A stretch of DNA of 55,107 nt, filler included, from Catajapyx aquilonaris (GCA_000934665.2; 3 parts of 3 records of this genome joined end to end with filler, not necessarily neighbours in it), one strand, 5' to 3'; positions 25,284 through 36,820 are shown, counted from the first letter of the whole stretch. Numbers and translations are program-made. Notes: a model not told the origin generated them from the letters alone.

Positions 25284-25721
25284 CAGGGTGTATCTGAACT
25301 CAGTGCCCCGACGTATATGACTGCCTTCCTAGCCACCAGAGGATCGATTTAAGTATAGGAGTCATATGCCTGGGCAGCCTCATTACGGAGATAATTGGCC
25401 GCAAACATGTAGTACAAAAATAATATCCTGTCGGTTAGGCCACCCATCTAACCCTCCCCAGTCAGAAGGCTCTGGAAGGTCTGGGGGCGGGACTTTGTTG
25501 GTTTGTTGCCTGTTTGTTGCCCACAGGTGGTAAGGCCTCTTTGGCTAGTTACACCAGAAAATTCTATTTAAAAGTCAGAAGGAGCGATTAGGCAAAAATC
25601 GCTAAAGAGTGTATCTCAGTAATGAGGCTGCCCAGACATATGACTCCTATACTTAAATCGATCCTCTGGTGGCTAGGAAGGCAGTCATATACGTCGGGGC
25701 ACTGAGTTCAGATACACCCTG
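25284..25721. mobile_element. Tc1/mariner-type MITE with ~110-bp TIRs
   Basis: TA|CAGGGTGTATCTGAACTCAGTGCCCCGACG ... CGTCGGGGCACTGAGTTCAGATACACCCTG|TA. Confidence 0.9.
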
Positions 25722-27529
25722 TATAGAGTATACGGCTTCTTCGCTATTCCAGGTTGAAGCGGGAGGGATGACTTGAACGTAAAACACGCAAAAACTGCCG
25801 AAAATATTACGAAAATGCGTCAAAAATGCGTAAATAGGTGAAAATAGGCGCTGATAGGCACTTAGGTCCCAACGTCCGAAATAGGTAATTTTAGGTTTTA
25901 TGAAACGGTTAGATATTTTGGTTCCGGTGCTGCCTACAATAAAAGATACAGGTATAAACCTAGAAATCCGCCTTTGCTGATGAGCATGCAAAAACCCTTC
26001 TAGCTTATTGACTGGTATAGGGAAAGGTGTGTTCGCAAGCTCTCGGGAATCGGTCGTAGCGAGACCGACCACCCATTCACATGCGAATTTTGCATCCGAA
26101 TTTTTCCTTGACTTCTCACCCACTCTAAAATGCCTCGAATTAGCTCGAAATCAGCAGTATGTTATCGCAAGGTCGTGAACACGTGCAACATCGTACAGCG
26201 AACTTTACACAGCCCAAACTTCTAATACTTGCTACATCACTTTCCAAAAACATTAATCGCTGTGACTACTATACTCCTGCAACATATGAGTGCGTGTAGT
26301 TTTGTTCTTTCGAACGATAAATCCGGGTTCACTAATTCTGATAGATACGGGAAAACAATAAATCGAGGGAAGTCAGATCGAGGTTTCACTGAAATTCAGT
26401 AGGTTCATTGCATGCGTCATTCTGAGTGGCGATAATTACAAGGCAGGGTATTCGTAAAGGTAATTTTTGCGAGATTTTTCAGCCTATCTCTTGTCTAAAT
26501 TCCCGGCTACCATAACCCCAACTAGAGTTGCTCTCAGCATTCCTATACCCTCTGGATAAGTTGCTTTCGGGCCGACCGACTTACCAGCCCAGGCCCAGGG
26601 CATGACCCCTGAGGCCAAGCAGGTTTCCTGCACCCCTTTTTCGGCAGCTATAATCCAGTCTCTGTGTCTCTGCCGCCCTTTTACTTTGGTGCGGGCATCC
26701 CTGCATGATTAAAAGTAGGCCTACCTTTCCACTCTTCACCTTATTAGTTTCATCAGCTATTTCAAATGCTATTTTTCTGCATGGATATTTGACAGTCACT
26801 GTTATTGCATGACAACAGCACCTGCACAATAATTTAGGGGACAGGTGGGGAAAGCAATGGTTTACCCCAGAGGCCACAAAACATTCTTTGCAAAGCCGAC
26901 CTTTTCACTTAGCACCCCTCTCGCCCATCTCCCACCTCCCACCCAGTCATTCTCTGTCTCCCCTCAAGGCGCCTCAATAGGATATTAGGTGCCATCTAAA
27001 GAAATATGGAATGTGTTAGGAGAGTAGTTGTCTGTGCACATAAGCCTACTGTATAAGCCTACCGTATTGTTCATGCATAAACAATGCAAATAATTTTGAA
27101 CAAGATCATTATTCTCTACATTTACATTTCATTTTTGAATGTGCAGCATATTTTCATGGCAGGTTGAGCCACGCTCTATGAATGTGAATGGCTAAGGTTT
27201 CCTCCTTGCTGCTAAAGCTGACGTTTGCATACTCACTAATGATTAATACCATCGATAAAAATAATCTCCCGTAAAATCTTCATTCCTGGTGCAACCCGGC
27301 ACACCGACCCAAAGATTATTATCAGGGTATATTGTCTGCAACAATGTTAACCAACAATATTAACATATCAGATATAATGAGAAATTCTCTGTAGATATGA
27401 TGTAGTTGTAGTCTGGAGTACGAAAATTGTGACCCATATAATATAAGTTGGGTCATTCAAATGAATACTGCATGACTTTGCCAGATGTTAAATCCTGGAA
27501 TAAGCGGTTTGCTTTCTCTAATCTGGAAT

Positions 27530-27720
27530 CACCAGTCAATGACGACCGCCCATCTCGTATGTAACCGCTTACTCCAGGCTTCAACACATGCCAAAGACAT
27601 GCAGTTTTCTTACATCAGTCGTATACTGATGCCTGGATGGATTTCTCTCAGTACTCTCGACACCTTCTGCGATTCAAAAACAGATTACTGCCAGCGCTGC
27701 TCAATGTTCGTTTCTTCCAT
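27530..27720 (-). pseudogene. Decayed mariner transposase N-terminus
   Basis: MEETNIEQR...REIH...ENCMSLACVEAWSKR with stops and frameshifts; resembles the mariner HTH region. Confidence 0.5.
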
Positions 27721-27869
27721 AATCATTCTAACTGGAACTGTCTTTTTGACGGACCGTCCCAAACAAGACACGCTGCCACTGTCTCACGTGATCGAATCAA
27801 AATCTGTCAATGCACCATGGGAATATATTGTATACTTGTGTACTTAACAAATTGTGCTAAACGCCAAAC

Positions 27870-28200
27870 TGAACTGAATGATGAATTGAATTGGATTGGA
27901 TTTGGAATTGAATTGGATTTGGAATGGAATTGGAATTGAATTGAATTGGAATTGGAATTGAATTGAAAATGGAATTGAATTGGATTTGGAATGGAATTGG
28001 AATTGAATTGAATTGGAATTGGAATTGAATTGAAAATGGAATTGAATTGAAAAATGGAATTGAATTGAAAATGGAATTGGAATTGAAAATGGAATTGAAT
28101 TGAAAATGAATTGAATTGGAATTGAAAATGGAATTGAATTGAAAATGAATTGAATTGAATTGTGAGAATTGAAGTCGAAAGGAAATGAATTGATTCCAAT
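27870..28200. repeat. (GAATT/GGAATT/GAAAAT)n satellite-like array
   Basis: Direct reading; it generates the spurious F/N/S/I/Q ORFs in the track. Confidence 0.9.
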
Positions 28201-28670
28201 CCGCAAGCCGCAAGTTCTTGATGGAGTCGAATTGAATTAATTCATTTTAAAATGAATCATGCCCATCACTGCTCAGAACGTTTTGAGAATAACTGATTTA
28301 TTTCCCAATCACGATCAACATCAGCATAGTACCGTAGTAACCACCAGACGTAACCACCAACTACTAGAACATCCCTCTCATCTTTCCGGCCATTCTGTAA
28401 CTCCATCATCGTGGGAAGTGACAATAGTGTGATAATAACAAAGCGCCTTCTCAACATAATATCCCCTCAGCCCGCTCATTCCGAAGCCATGCATTAGTAA
28501 GCCTGCAGACCCGTCGCTAGGTCGCCCAGCATCAATCGCTACCTGTAAACAGTGGCAACAATAGAAAGAACACTAAGCACTCTCCATATGCCGATGTCCG
28601 AACACGCCTAGTTGCCAGGTAATGCCAAAGCCATTGTTTACATTTATATGCTATTTTGCCCTGTACTGTA

Positions 28671-28729
28671 CATCTTAAGCAAATAAAGGTACCGTGCCAG
28701 ATGCCCAGAAAGGGCGGTGCACTAAACCC

Positions 28730-28782
<53 letters not shown>
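28671..28782 (+). mobile_element. Family B SINE 3' tail with (ATT)n
   Basis: CATCTTAAGCAAATAAAGGTACCGTG...GCACTAAACCCTATTATT matches the 3' end of the 17304 copy. Confidence 0.8.
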
Positions 28783-28783
<1 letters not shown>

Positions 28784-28924
28784 GCAATATATAACTGACT
28801 TTTGGTTATAATAAACTCGGCAGGTGATTTTCCCACAGTCTGTCATTTATCTCAGCTTCCCAGTCGCAAGTTTTCACCTCCAGGTTGAGGCACACATGTT
28901 CTGTTCAATGTATCATAGAGTCTT

Positions 28925-29710
28925 AAAGGGACACTCCACTCAAAATACAAGTAGGGCTTTAAAAATCGGGCTAAAAATCCTGATTCCGAGGGTATAAGCA
29001 GTTTTTCTGAGTGAATTTTTTATGGCACTTTCAGGAGGCCAAAAAAATCCACCTGTGAACCTTGGATAGTGCACATCTTTGTCTGTCTAATGATATATTT
29101 GAAACATTGAGATCGCCATTTCTGTAATCATAATTGAGTTAATTGCACACCTCTTTTATCTCGGCTGTTTATAATCTGAATTACTACGCGAATGTATCGA
29201 CGGCAAGCCAGAAATGTGCGTGATAAGATTACATTGTGGTCTATTACACTAAAAATTTTAAAAGTATAGTTTTAGTACGTTTAATAGAAAAAGACCCAGC
29301 CCTCTTTCTGGCGGGAATCGATGGCGATACTTTTAAAATTTTTAGTGTAATGGAGCACAATGTAATCTTATCACGCACATTTCTGGCTTGCCGTCGACAC
29401 ATTCGCGAAGTAATTCGGATTATAAACAGCAGAGATAACAGAGGTGTGCAATTAACTTAATTATATTATATTTATTTATTATGTTATATTATTATATTAT
29501 ATTTATTATATTTATGTTGGGATAGCATACGTCTCCCTTCATCGCTGACTACCCCTCATAGGGAAATGTCGTGATGTTGTTGTTGTTGTATGATTACAGA
29601 AATGGCGATCTCAATGTTTTAAATATATCATTAGATAGACAAAGATGTTCACTATCCAGGGTTCACAGGTGGATTTTTTTTGGCCTCCTGAAAGTATCAA
29701 AAAATTCACT
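28925..29710. mobile_element. Long palindromic non-autonomous element (TTAA-AGGG left end, possibly Kolobok-type)
   Basis: 29011-29260 is inverted at 29330-29462 plus 29589-29709, with an ~125-bp AT-rich insertion in the right arm. Confidence 0.7.
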
Positions 29711-30049
29711 TTGCGGTGCAACGTCAGCAACTAGGCATAAAATGACTTTTCCGCCTTCTTTTTGCAATAAAAAATTAGGGACTGACGATCGGAGATAAAC
29801 TAGCATATATGTAACGTGGATTTAAACAAGCTTTAGAACGATATGTAACCTAATTTTTTTGGAAAATTTGCCTGGGAGTTGTTTCGAGTCAAACACAGGG
29901 CTCTATATTAAATAAACGGATAGTAAGTGCATGGGAGTCGTACCTGGATTCTTACTCAGTGACATTGTCCTGTGTATATCAGAACATGTTTCACATGCAC
30001 TTTTGCAAACATGCGGTACGTCTTCCCGACAATCCACAATGGCCGTGCA

Positions 30050-30754
30050 TAAGTTTTTGCGTGACGATTAGTGTGAAGCTTGGTAATATTCAACTGAGAC
30101 TCCAGAAAGCTTCATCAGGCTTCTGATGATTAAGCTTTAGGGTTTAGGCCGTAAGCACAGTGTTTTGAGTCGTAATTGCCTTTAAAGTGTGGTCAAATGT
30201 CAGTTGAAGGTCATGGGCACTCGGGAAGCCCACACATCAACCTCTGAAAATTTTGAAATATTTTGATAAATCATTTGTGAGGACCATTCCCATACCATTC
30301 ATGAGATCTGAGAGAGAGGTGGGATTCAGTTCCAGTCATTCGTACGCACAAAATGAACATGCATCGTGAAGTGTCCCCAGGCTCCTGACACTCGACCAGA
30401 AACAGCAGCATCTCAACCTGTCCAGGAGCTCTGAGAAACCATATAGGGCAACTCAAAGTTTATAAAAGGTGATGAAAGTTGTCGTGGCAATCTTTACAGT
30501 GGAATAGCCAACTTTCGTCACCTGTGATCCACAAACAAAGCTCATATTTGGCAGCATCACAGGATTGAGGAGAAGACGTAACATGTGTTCACAAAAGCGG
30601 ATGCGACACACGTTCAGATGTACATAGGACAATACCACTTGGCATACGGACTCATTAGGATTGTGTGCAGATACACAGTCTAAAAGCGTGTGTCTACTTC
30701 TCAAGGTATCAGAGTAATTGGTACATTCCGGAAACTTTTTGATCCTACTATGTA
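30050..30754. mobile_element. Decayed mariner fragments
   Basis: Mariner-like end on the minus strand (TACATAGTAGGATCAAAAAGTTTCCGGAAT, ~30754-30725) and degenerate transposase-like remnants. Confidence 0.45.
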
Positions 30755-30804
30755 TTATATCTACATCAAAGAGAAAGCTCCCAAAAAAATTCCCAATCAC
30801 TTGC

Positions 30805-31026
30805 CTGGAGCATGTTCTGTTTGGTCCTTTCCGCTTCGTGAAACACGGCAGCCACCCGTAAAACACAAGCTTCATCCTCCTCTGTAACAGAAACAGCAGC
30901 AGGTCCCTCGTTCTCCTCTGCTTTCTGCAAACGCTCCTTCAACCCACTAATCTCCTCCCTCATTTCAATTACAAGTCTTGCGTAATCTGACACATGAAGA
31001 TCTAGCGACAGCACATTCTTCTTTAC
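30805..31026 (-). CDS. Kinesin-8 (KIF18/KIF19-like) neck-linker and coiled-coil exon; other exons not located
   Basis: CAG|VKKNVLSLDLHVSDYARLVIEMREEISGLKERLQKAEE...VFHEAERTKQNMLQ resembles the post-motor neck of KIF18A/KIF19. 222 nt, phase 0/0, with a CAG|GCAAGT donor. Confidence 0.7.
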
Positions 31027-31479
31027 CTGTGTAAACAACAATAGATAGTAAATATTAAATAAAATACATAGGACCTTACACATATTTCACTTTTGTTGCC
31101 ACATCCAGAATTCAAAAATTACTCTTGTTCGACAAGGAAAAGTTTTCTCAGGTTGTGTGTTTCAATATGTATTTTCGCTGCCGATTCCAAATGCTGTCAG
31201 CACAGTTTTTGAGATATACCATTTAAAAGTTTGGAACGGTTTACTAGGGTCTTTCCGAATCAAGTGGGCCTAAATGTTGCTAGACCGTCTCGGATCTTGG
31301 TGAAAATAATCCCAGATGTACTCAACTATTCCTTAATGCTGCTTATAAAGTTTCAGCCATATTGCGCAATACCATGACAAGGGAAAAAATCGCGAAAATC
31401 TGAAAATGGCTGAAAATTAAGCCTTTTTTGGAGAATTGTTTTCGGTTAGAGGAAGTGGTCAAAACCCAATGCACATATA

Positions 31480-31689
31480 CAGGTGTCTCAACTTTTTTGT
31501 CCAAACAGTTATCGGAAATATTGCACTATAAGCTGCTACTTTGTAAGCAGTGACTTGCAACCGATTTGTCGGAGGAATGGGGAATATTCCCTGTGAATCT
31601 TAGGTTCAAGTGGCATACACTGCTTACAAAGTAGCAGCTTAGTGCAATATTTCCAATAACTGTTCGGACAAAAAGGTTGAGACACCCTG
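31480..31689. mobile_element. Tc1/mariner-type palindromic MITE
   Basis: TA|CAGGTGTCTCAACTTTTTTGTCC ... GGACAAAAAGGTTGAGACACCCTG|TA; arms of about 80 bp. Confidence 0.85.
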
Positions 31690-31992
31690 TATATCAAAAG
31701 AAAGAGAAACACCAGGAAATTACGCCTATGGAATTAGTTTTCCTGTAAAATGTAAAAATAAATTTTTTATAGCATTTCATTGGTCACTTGCTCAGTCACA
31801 TGCCCAAGAATTGTGACCTCAACAATTAGTGATGTATTTGCGTTACATCAGTCATATTTGGTGACACTAGTTGTGACTGGCCTGGGTCATGCATGGTTCG
31901 CGAGAAAATAATACAGTAAAACTTCTATAAGTCAAAGTTCTCTATAAGTCGAAGAAAATGATGAGCTTGGTTGGTCACAATATAAAATAATA

Positions 31993-32345
31993 GGGGGGGA
32001 GGCACGGTGGCCGAGATGGTAACGTCTCGGCTTGCTATGCGAAAGGTCCCGGGTTCAAATCCCCACCCGGGAACAAACCTTTCGCTTGCGTCGATGGGTC
32101 GTGACCCGCGCCTAAGGAGGCGTCTTGGCAACCTGACCTCCTGGCCACCTGGCCCACCGCTGGACAATGCACCTGCACATGTGTCCCCTCCCCAAACCCC
32201 CCAACCCTTACCCCATTTCCTGAAATAATCCTTGCACTGGTGTCCGAAGAAAAATAAATAGAAAACTATGGTGGTCTGCCACCCCCCGAAAGGCCCATAG
32301 AGGGCCATCAAAGGGTACGAAAAATAAAAATAAAATAAAATAAAA
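31993..32345 (+). mobile_element. tRNA-derived SINE, family A
   Basis: GGTGGCCGAGATGGTAACGTCTCGG...GGTTCAAATCCC head; (AAAAT)n tail. Confidence 0.85.
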
Positions 32346-32448
32346 ATAATATAAAATAAAAATAATATAATATAAAATAATAGGAAATAAACTTCCCTAG
32401 CTCGAATTTCTATAACTCGAAGTGCTGGCAGGGCCTTACGATGGGATA

Positions 32449-32677
32449 TTATAATAATAATAATAATAATAATATCATACCCCGTTATTAGCCGGCGGCT
32501 CTTTAGGGGGGAGTTTTTTGTTTTGACTGGAACTCTTTCTTTGCATTTTTACTTAGCTTTTGAGGATAGGATAGGGACGGAACGAAGCGGCTGTGGCCTA
32601 TTATTTTAGGAAACAACCCCGGCATTTACCGGGAGGGACCGTGGGAAACCACAGAAAACCACGATTAGGGTTGCCGN
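32449..32677 (-). mobile_element. Family C SINE 3' portion
   Basis: Reverse complement of ~33595-33828. Confidence 0.8.
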
Positions 32678-32689
32678 TCCCGATCGCAC

Positions 32690-33030
32690 CTTTATATTCT
32701 CCTCCAGTTTATATTTATCTATCTGCGTAATTTCCATCTTCTCATATATAGCTTCTACTATCCTTATGAATTTGCTAGAAATCCCCATCTCCGCCAACTT
32801 ATTAAACAGTAGTGCATGCGTTAACGAGTCGAAAGCCTGAGCCAAGTCAATGAATGCTGCGTACACTTTCGCTCCTTTTGCTAATCTTAGTTGGATCAGT
32901 GCCAAGAGTGAAAAGATGTGCTCGACATGTTGGCGAGTATGGAAAAATTTCGCATTTCCCAGCCAAAGGGTCGAGAGTAGGCCACATGTACAGAAAGGCT
33001 CAATTTCCTGATCTCCATCTACCAGATGTA
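32690..33030 (-). pseudogene. Non-LTR retrotransposon reverse transcriptase fragment
   Basis: HIFSL...KVYAAFIDLAQAFDSL.HALLFNKLAEMGIS.KFIRIVEAIY, the FxDxxKAFD region of LINE RT. Confidence 0.85.
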
Positions 33031-33523
33031 AGTGTTTGCTTGATTGTGACAATTGAATCCTTGAATCTAAGTAGAGAGATAGAGTAGGCAAATGTCCATG
33101 ATGCATATTTTTTTTTACAACAAAATAACGAGTAACATTGTAAGTGTGATAGTGACAGTTATTTTTAAGTTTTGAACACCTTTCGTCGCTGGATGTAAAG
33201 GTAGGCTGCCTTATAGAGTTATGTGCTTAAAAAATTCAAAACTTCTGTAACTCAAATCTTCTATAACTCGAAGTTTTCTCCTGGTCCCATGGAGATTCGA
33301 CTTATAGAAGTTTTACTGTAGATGTTTTGCCGATATACCATTAATTTCACTCTTCCACAAAAAACCTGTTTGCTCTTTCTGAAGATGTGACTAGTGATTC
33401 TTCAAGTACCTTTCGCCCAGATTCCAAATCTGCACTTAGAATCGGGCTGTCAGGCACGGTTTTTGAGATATACTGCATTTACTAATATATAGTATATTAG
33501 TAAATACATTAAATGCAGTAACC

Positions 33524-33796
33524 GAAGCAGTGGTGGCGGAGGGAATATGGTATCCGACTGCTAATCGGGAGGTCCTGGGTTCGATCCCCGGGGCCGGCAA
33601 CCCTAACCGTGGTTTTCTGTGGTTTCCCACGGTCCCTCCAGGTAAATGCCGGGGTTGTTTTCCTAAAATAATAGGCCACAGCCGCTTCCTTCCGTCCCAA
33701 TCCTATCCCCAAAAGCGAAGTAAAAATGCAAAGAAAGAGTTCCAGTCAAAACAAAAACTCCCCCCTAAAGAGCCACCGGCTGATAACGGGGTATGA

Positions 33797-33828
<32 letters not shown>
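33524..33828 (+). mobile_element. tRNA-derived SINE, family C
   Basis: CTGCTAA loop, GGTTCGATCCC B box, GCTGATAACGGGGTATGAT(ATT)n tail. Confidence 0.85.
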
Positions 33829-33829
<1 letters not shown>

Positions 33830-34870
33830 ATTAAATGCAGTATATCTCAAAAACTGTGCCTGACAGAAACCTTCTGAGCAGATATTCGGATTCAGGGCAA
33901 AAAGTACAGGAATCACTATTCAAATCATCAGAATATAGAAAAAAAGTGTTATTTTTGAAGCAAATGACCAAAAGATTAAAGAATAGGATCTCTGGCAAGC
34001 ATACGTAACACAGGTGTACAAAATATTGTACCACACAAGTTCAAAAAATGCTCAGGTCAACTTGATGTTTGTGTGAAAATTCATGTGGCACACCCGTTCA
34101 CGAACAACTGCTCACAATCAACAACTGTCAACAATGTCCTCAAAATGTCGGCGGCAAAGGGTTTTTTTCATAGATCTGGGCTTGGGTACTTCCACACCCG
34201 CACTGTTCCCTTGGCCTGGCCCCAAGTGACTTTCAACTGTTAGGATCCATAAAATACCCACTATGCCGACACCGTTTCGAGGACATTGTTGTAAGTTGTA
34301 GATTGTGAGCAGTTGTCCGGCAGTGGATGTGCCGTACCACCAAAAAGTGATTCCTGGAGGGCCTGGAGAGGTTGACCCAACCATGACTCCTATGCAATTG
34401 GGACCAGGAGGATTCTACCAATAATGTGTACCTATCTGCCGACCTGTGTGGGCCCTGTATCTGCGGCAAAAAAATTAAAAAATAATGTAAAGACTTTCCT
34501 AACACCCCACGCATATCAAATGAAAGAGAATGGCAGGGAGAATTCGCCTAGGCAATTAGGTTTCCTTTAAAATGTAACCAGAAAAATGTGTGCAGCATTC
34601 TGTTGGTCACATGCTCAGTCACATGACCAAGTATTTAGACCCCAACAATTAGTGACGTATTTGCATAAGGGCAGCCATAGTTGGTGACAGGTGTAGTGAC
34701 CCATACAAGATTTAATATGATCAGTTTCAATCCTGTTTCATGGCTCGCAAGAAAATAATAGATATGTTTTGCAGATATACCATTAATTTTCCAGGCCCCA
34801 AATTCTTGGACATGTGACCGATGGAATGCCGCACACGTTTTTCTGGTTACAATTCTAGTCAGGACATTAA

Positions 34871-35476
34871 CCCTTTGACGACTACGGACATCATATGATG
34901 TCAGAGCTTACATTGCTTGAGGGCCTACGGACATCATATGATGTCTTGAGATTTGCCCTAACGACTTGGGACATTTTTCGACTTGTAAAATTCCAACCTC
35001 ACCGATTTTCTTGAAATTCGGAGCTTTAGTAGCCTGCCCCAAGGGATGACAAACACACCTATAGTTAGCTGATCAAAATGACCCTGTGACCCACATTGGA
35101 GGGGGGCATATGTCAATGCACCGAATTTCAAGAAAATCGGTGAGGTCGGAATTTGACCTCTGCCCCCCTCAAAATTGGGCCATGAGGTCATTTTGATCAG
35201 GTAACTATAGGTGTGCTTGTCATCCCTTGGGGTGGGCTACCAATGCACCGAATTTCAAGAAAATCGGTGAGGTCAGAATTTTATGACTTGACCTCTGCCC
35301 TTCTCAAAAATGGGTCACAGGGTCATTTTGATCTCATAACTATAGGTAATCCAGGCAGTCCGCGGATTATTATTCATTAATATCACTCTTCGTCAAATTT
35401 CCGGAAAAGTGGGAAAAAGAACTTGGGTCATCGGGTAAGGCAATGGCTCAAAAACTGTCAAAGGGTCCTCAAAGGG
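34871..35476. mobile_element. piggyBac-type MITE
   Basis: TTAA|CCCTTTGACGAC ... GTCCTCAAAGGG|TTAA, with internal direct and inverted repeats. Confidence 0.85.
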
Positions 35477-35497
35477 TTAAGCGAAGAAAAATGTGTC

Positions 35498-36242
35498 AAC
35501 TGTGCATTTGGTGAGGAGAGCATGAAATTTGGTACAAATGTCCCTGAGACCATACTCTTCCAATCCAGATATGGTGCCACGCCCATTTTGGCCCTGGAGG
35601 CCCGTAATTGCAGGTTGGCTACCTTGAAGCGAGTGAAAGTCTTTTTCTGAGCAAACTATGCTTCTCAGGCGGATATGTGCCAAACAAAGGTTGTAGAGAA
35701 ACATGTATTCTACAAAAAGTATTGAGTACCTTTTCCACATAGAGTCTTTATTTTCAGAGCTACAGAGACTTGAACCAATAGTCATGGAATAAATCAAGGG
35801 ACGAAAAAAGGGTCTACCGTGTACTGTGGTGATAAAAGCATGAAATTTGGTAGGAATGTCCTTGGGACTCTACTCTTCAAATTCAGATGTGGCGCCACAC
35901 CCATTTTCCCCCCAGAGGCCCGTAATTGCGGGTTGGCTACCCATCAGCGAGTGAAAAGTCTTTTTCAAGTCGCCGTAGCTCTGAAAATACAGACTATACG
36001 TGGAAAAGGTACTTTATACTTTTTTGTACAATACATGTTTCTCTACAACCTTTGTTTGGCACATATCCAACTGAGAAGCATAGTTCGCTCAGATAAAGAC
36101 TTTTCACTCACTTCAAGGTAGCCAACCTGCAATTACAGGCCTTTGGGGCCAAAACGGGTGTGGTGCCATATCTGAATTTGAAGAGTATGGTCCCAAGGAT
36201 ACTTGTACCAAATTTCATGCTCTCCTCACCAAAAGCACAGTT
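35498..36242. mobile_element. Palindromic non-autonomous element, arms of about 260 bp
   Basis: AACTGTGCATTTGGTGAGGAGAGCATGAAATTTGGTACAA is inverted at ~36205-36242. A third partial copy of the arm lies at ~35825-35965. Confidence 0.8.
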
Positions 36243-36520
36243 TAGTCTCTTGACGTCCTGACTATTCAGAGGAAAACAAATTTCATTGGCTTTCATTTGA
36301 TGTATATGTTGATTGGGTTTCGACCACTTCCACTAACCGAAAAACATTATCCAAAAAAGGCGCCATTCCCAAAATTGTGCAATTTTTTCCCTCTCCACGG
36401 TATTTCGCAATTTGGCGGAAATTTGATATGCAGCCTTATGGCATAGGTGTGTACAACTGCGATTATTTTCAGCAAAATGGGTGATGGTGTAGCAACATTT
36501 AGGCCCACTTGATTGAGATA

Positions 36521-36607
36521 AAGGGGGGAAAGCCCGGGCTGGGGATCGAACCCGGGATCTTTATATCCATGGGCGCATACGTTACCGCAGTGCCACTAAG
36601 TCTCCCT
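36521..36607 (-). mobile_element. Family B SINE head fragment
   Basis: GCGGTAACGTATGCGCCC...GGGTTCGATCCCC on the minus strand. Confidence 0.65.
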
Positions 36608-36720
36608 AAATGTATTACACATGCTATGTACTATCACGGTCAAAAAGATTGTCGGACTGTTATGGAATCGTCCGCGACTTTTTCTCCCGCCAATCAGTGT
36701 GCCAGGTGCAGGTGATTTGG

Positions 36721-36820
36721 NNNNNNNNNNNNNNNNNNNNNNNNNNNNNNNNNNNNNNNNNNNNTTAATTAATTAANNNNNNNNNNNNNNNNNNNNNNNN
36801 NNNNNNNNNNNNNNNNNNNN
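36721..36820. other. Assembly gap / contig linker
   Basis: 44 N + TTAATTAATTAA + 44 N. Confidence 0.95.

Larger units (their letters stand above)
20311..28271. mobile_element. hAT-type element (~8 kb) with GAATT/GAATC subterminal arrays, no intact transposase
   Basis: Left end TGATGGGCA preceded by CTCAGAA; right end TGCCCATCACTG followed by CTCAGAAC. This fits an 8-bp TSD with a 4-bp deletion at the left junction. Confidence 0.65.
19790..28668. mobile_element. Tc1-like TIR-bounded insertion with ~300-bp TIRs and TA TSD, expanded by nested elements
   Basis: 19790-20090 is the diverged reverse complement of 28381-28668. Ends CACTGCCGGGCAAAATT / CAGTACAGGGCAAAATA, with TA on both sides. Confidence 0.75.
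31914..33318. mobile_element. Tigger/pogo-like non-autonomous element holding nested SINEs and a LINE fragment
   Basis: TA|CAGTAAAACTTCTATAAGTC ... GACTTATAGAAGTTTTACTG|TA. Confidence 0.8.

Noticed and set aside
26725..26821. Possible next kinesin exon (..RKIAFEIADETNKVKSGK|GTAGG)
   Set aside because: Its open frame needs a phase-2 acceptor but the upstream exon ends in phase 0; it also lies inside the inferred nested element.
27807..28213. Three overlapping 118-130 aa ORFs
   Set aside because: Translations of the GAATT array.
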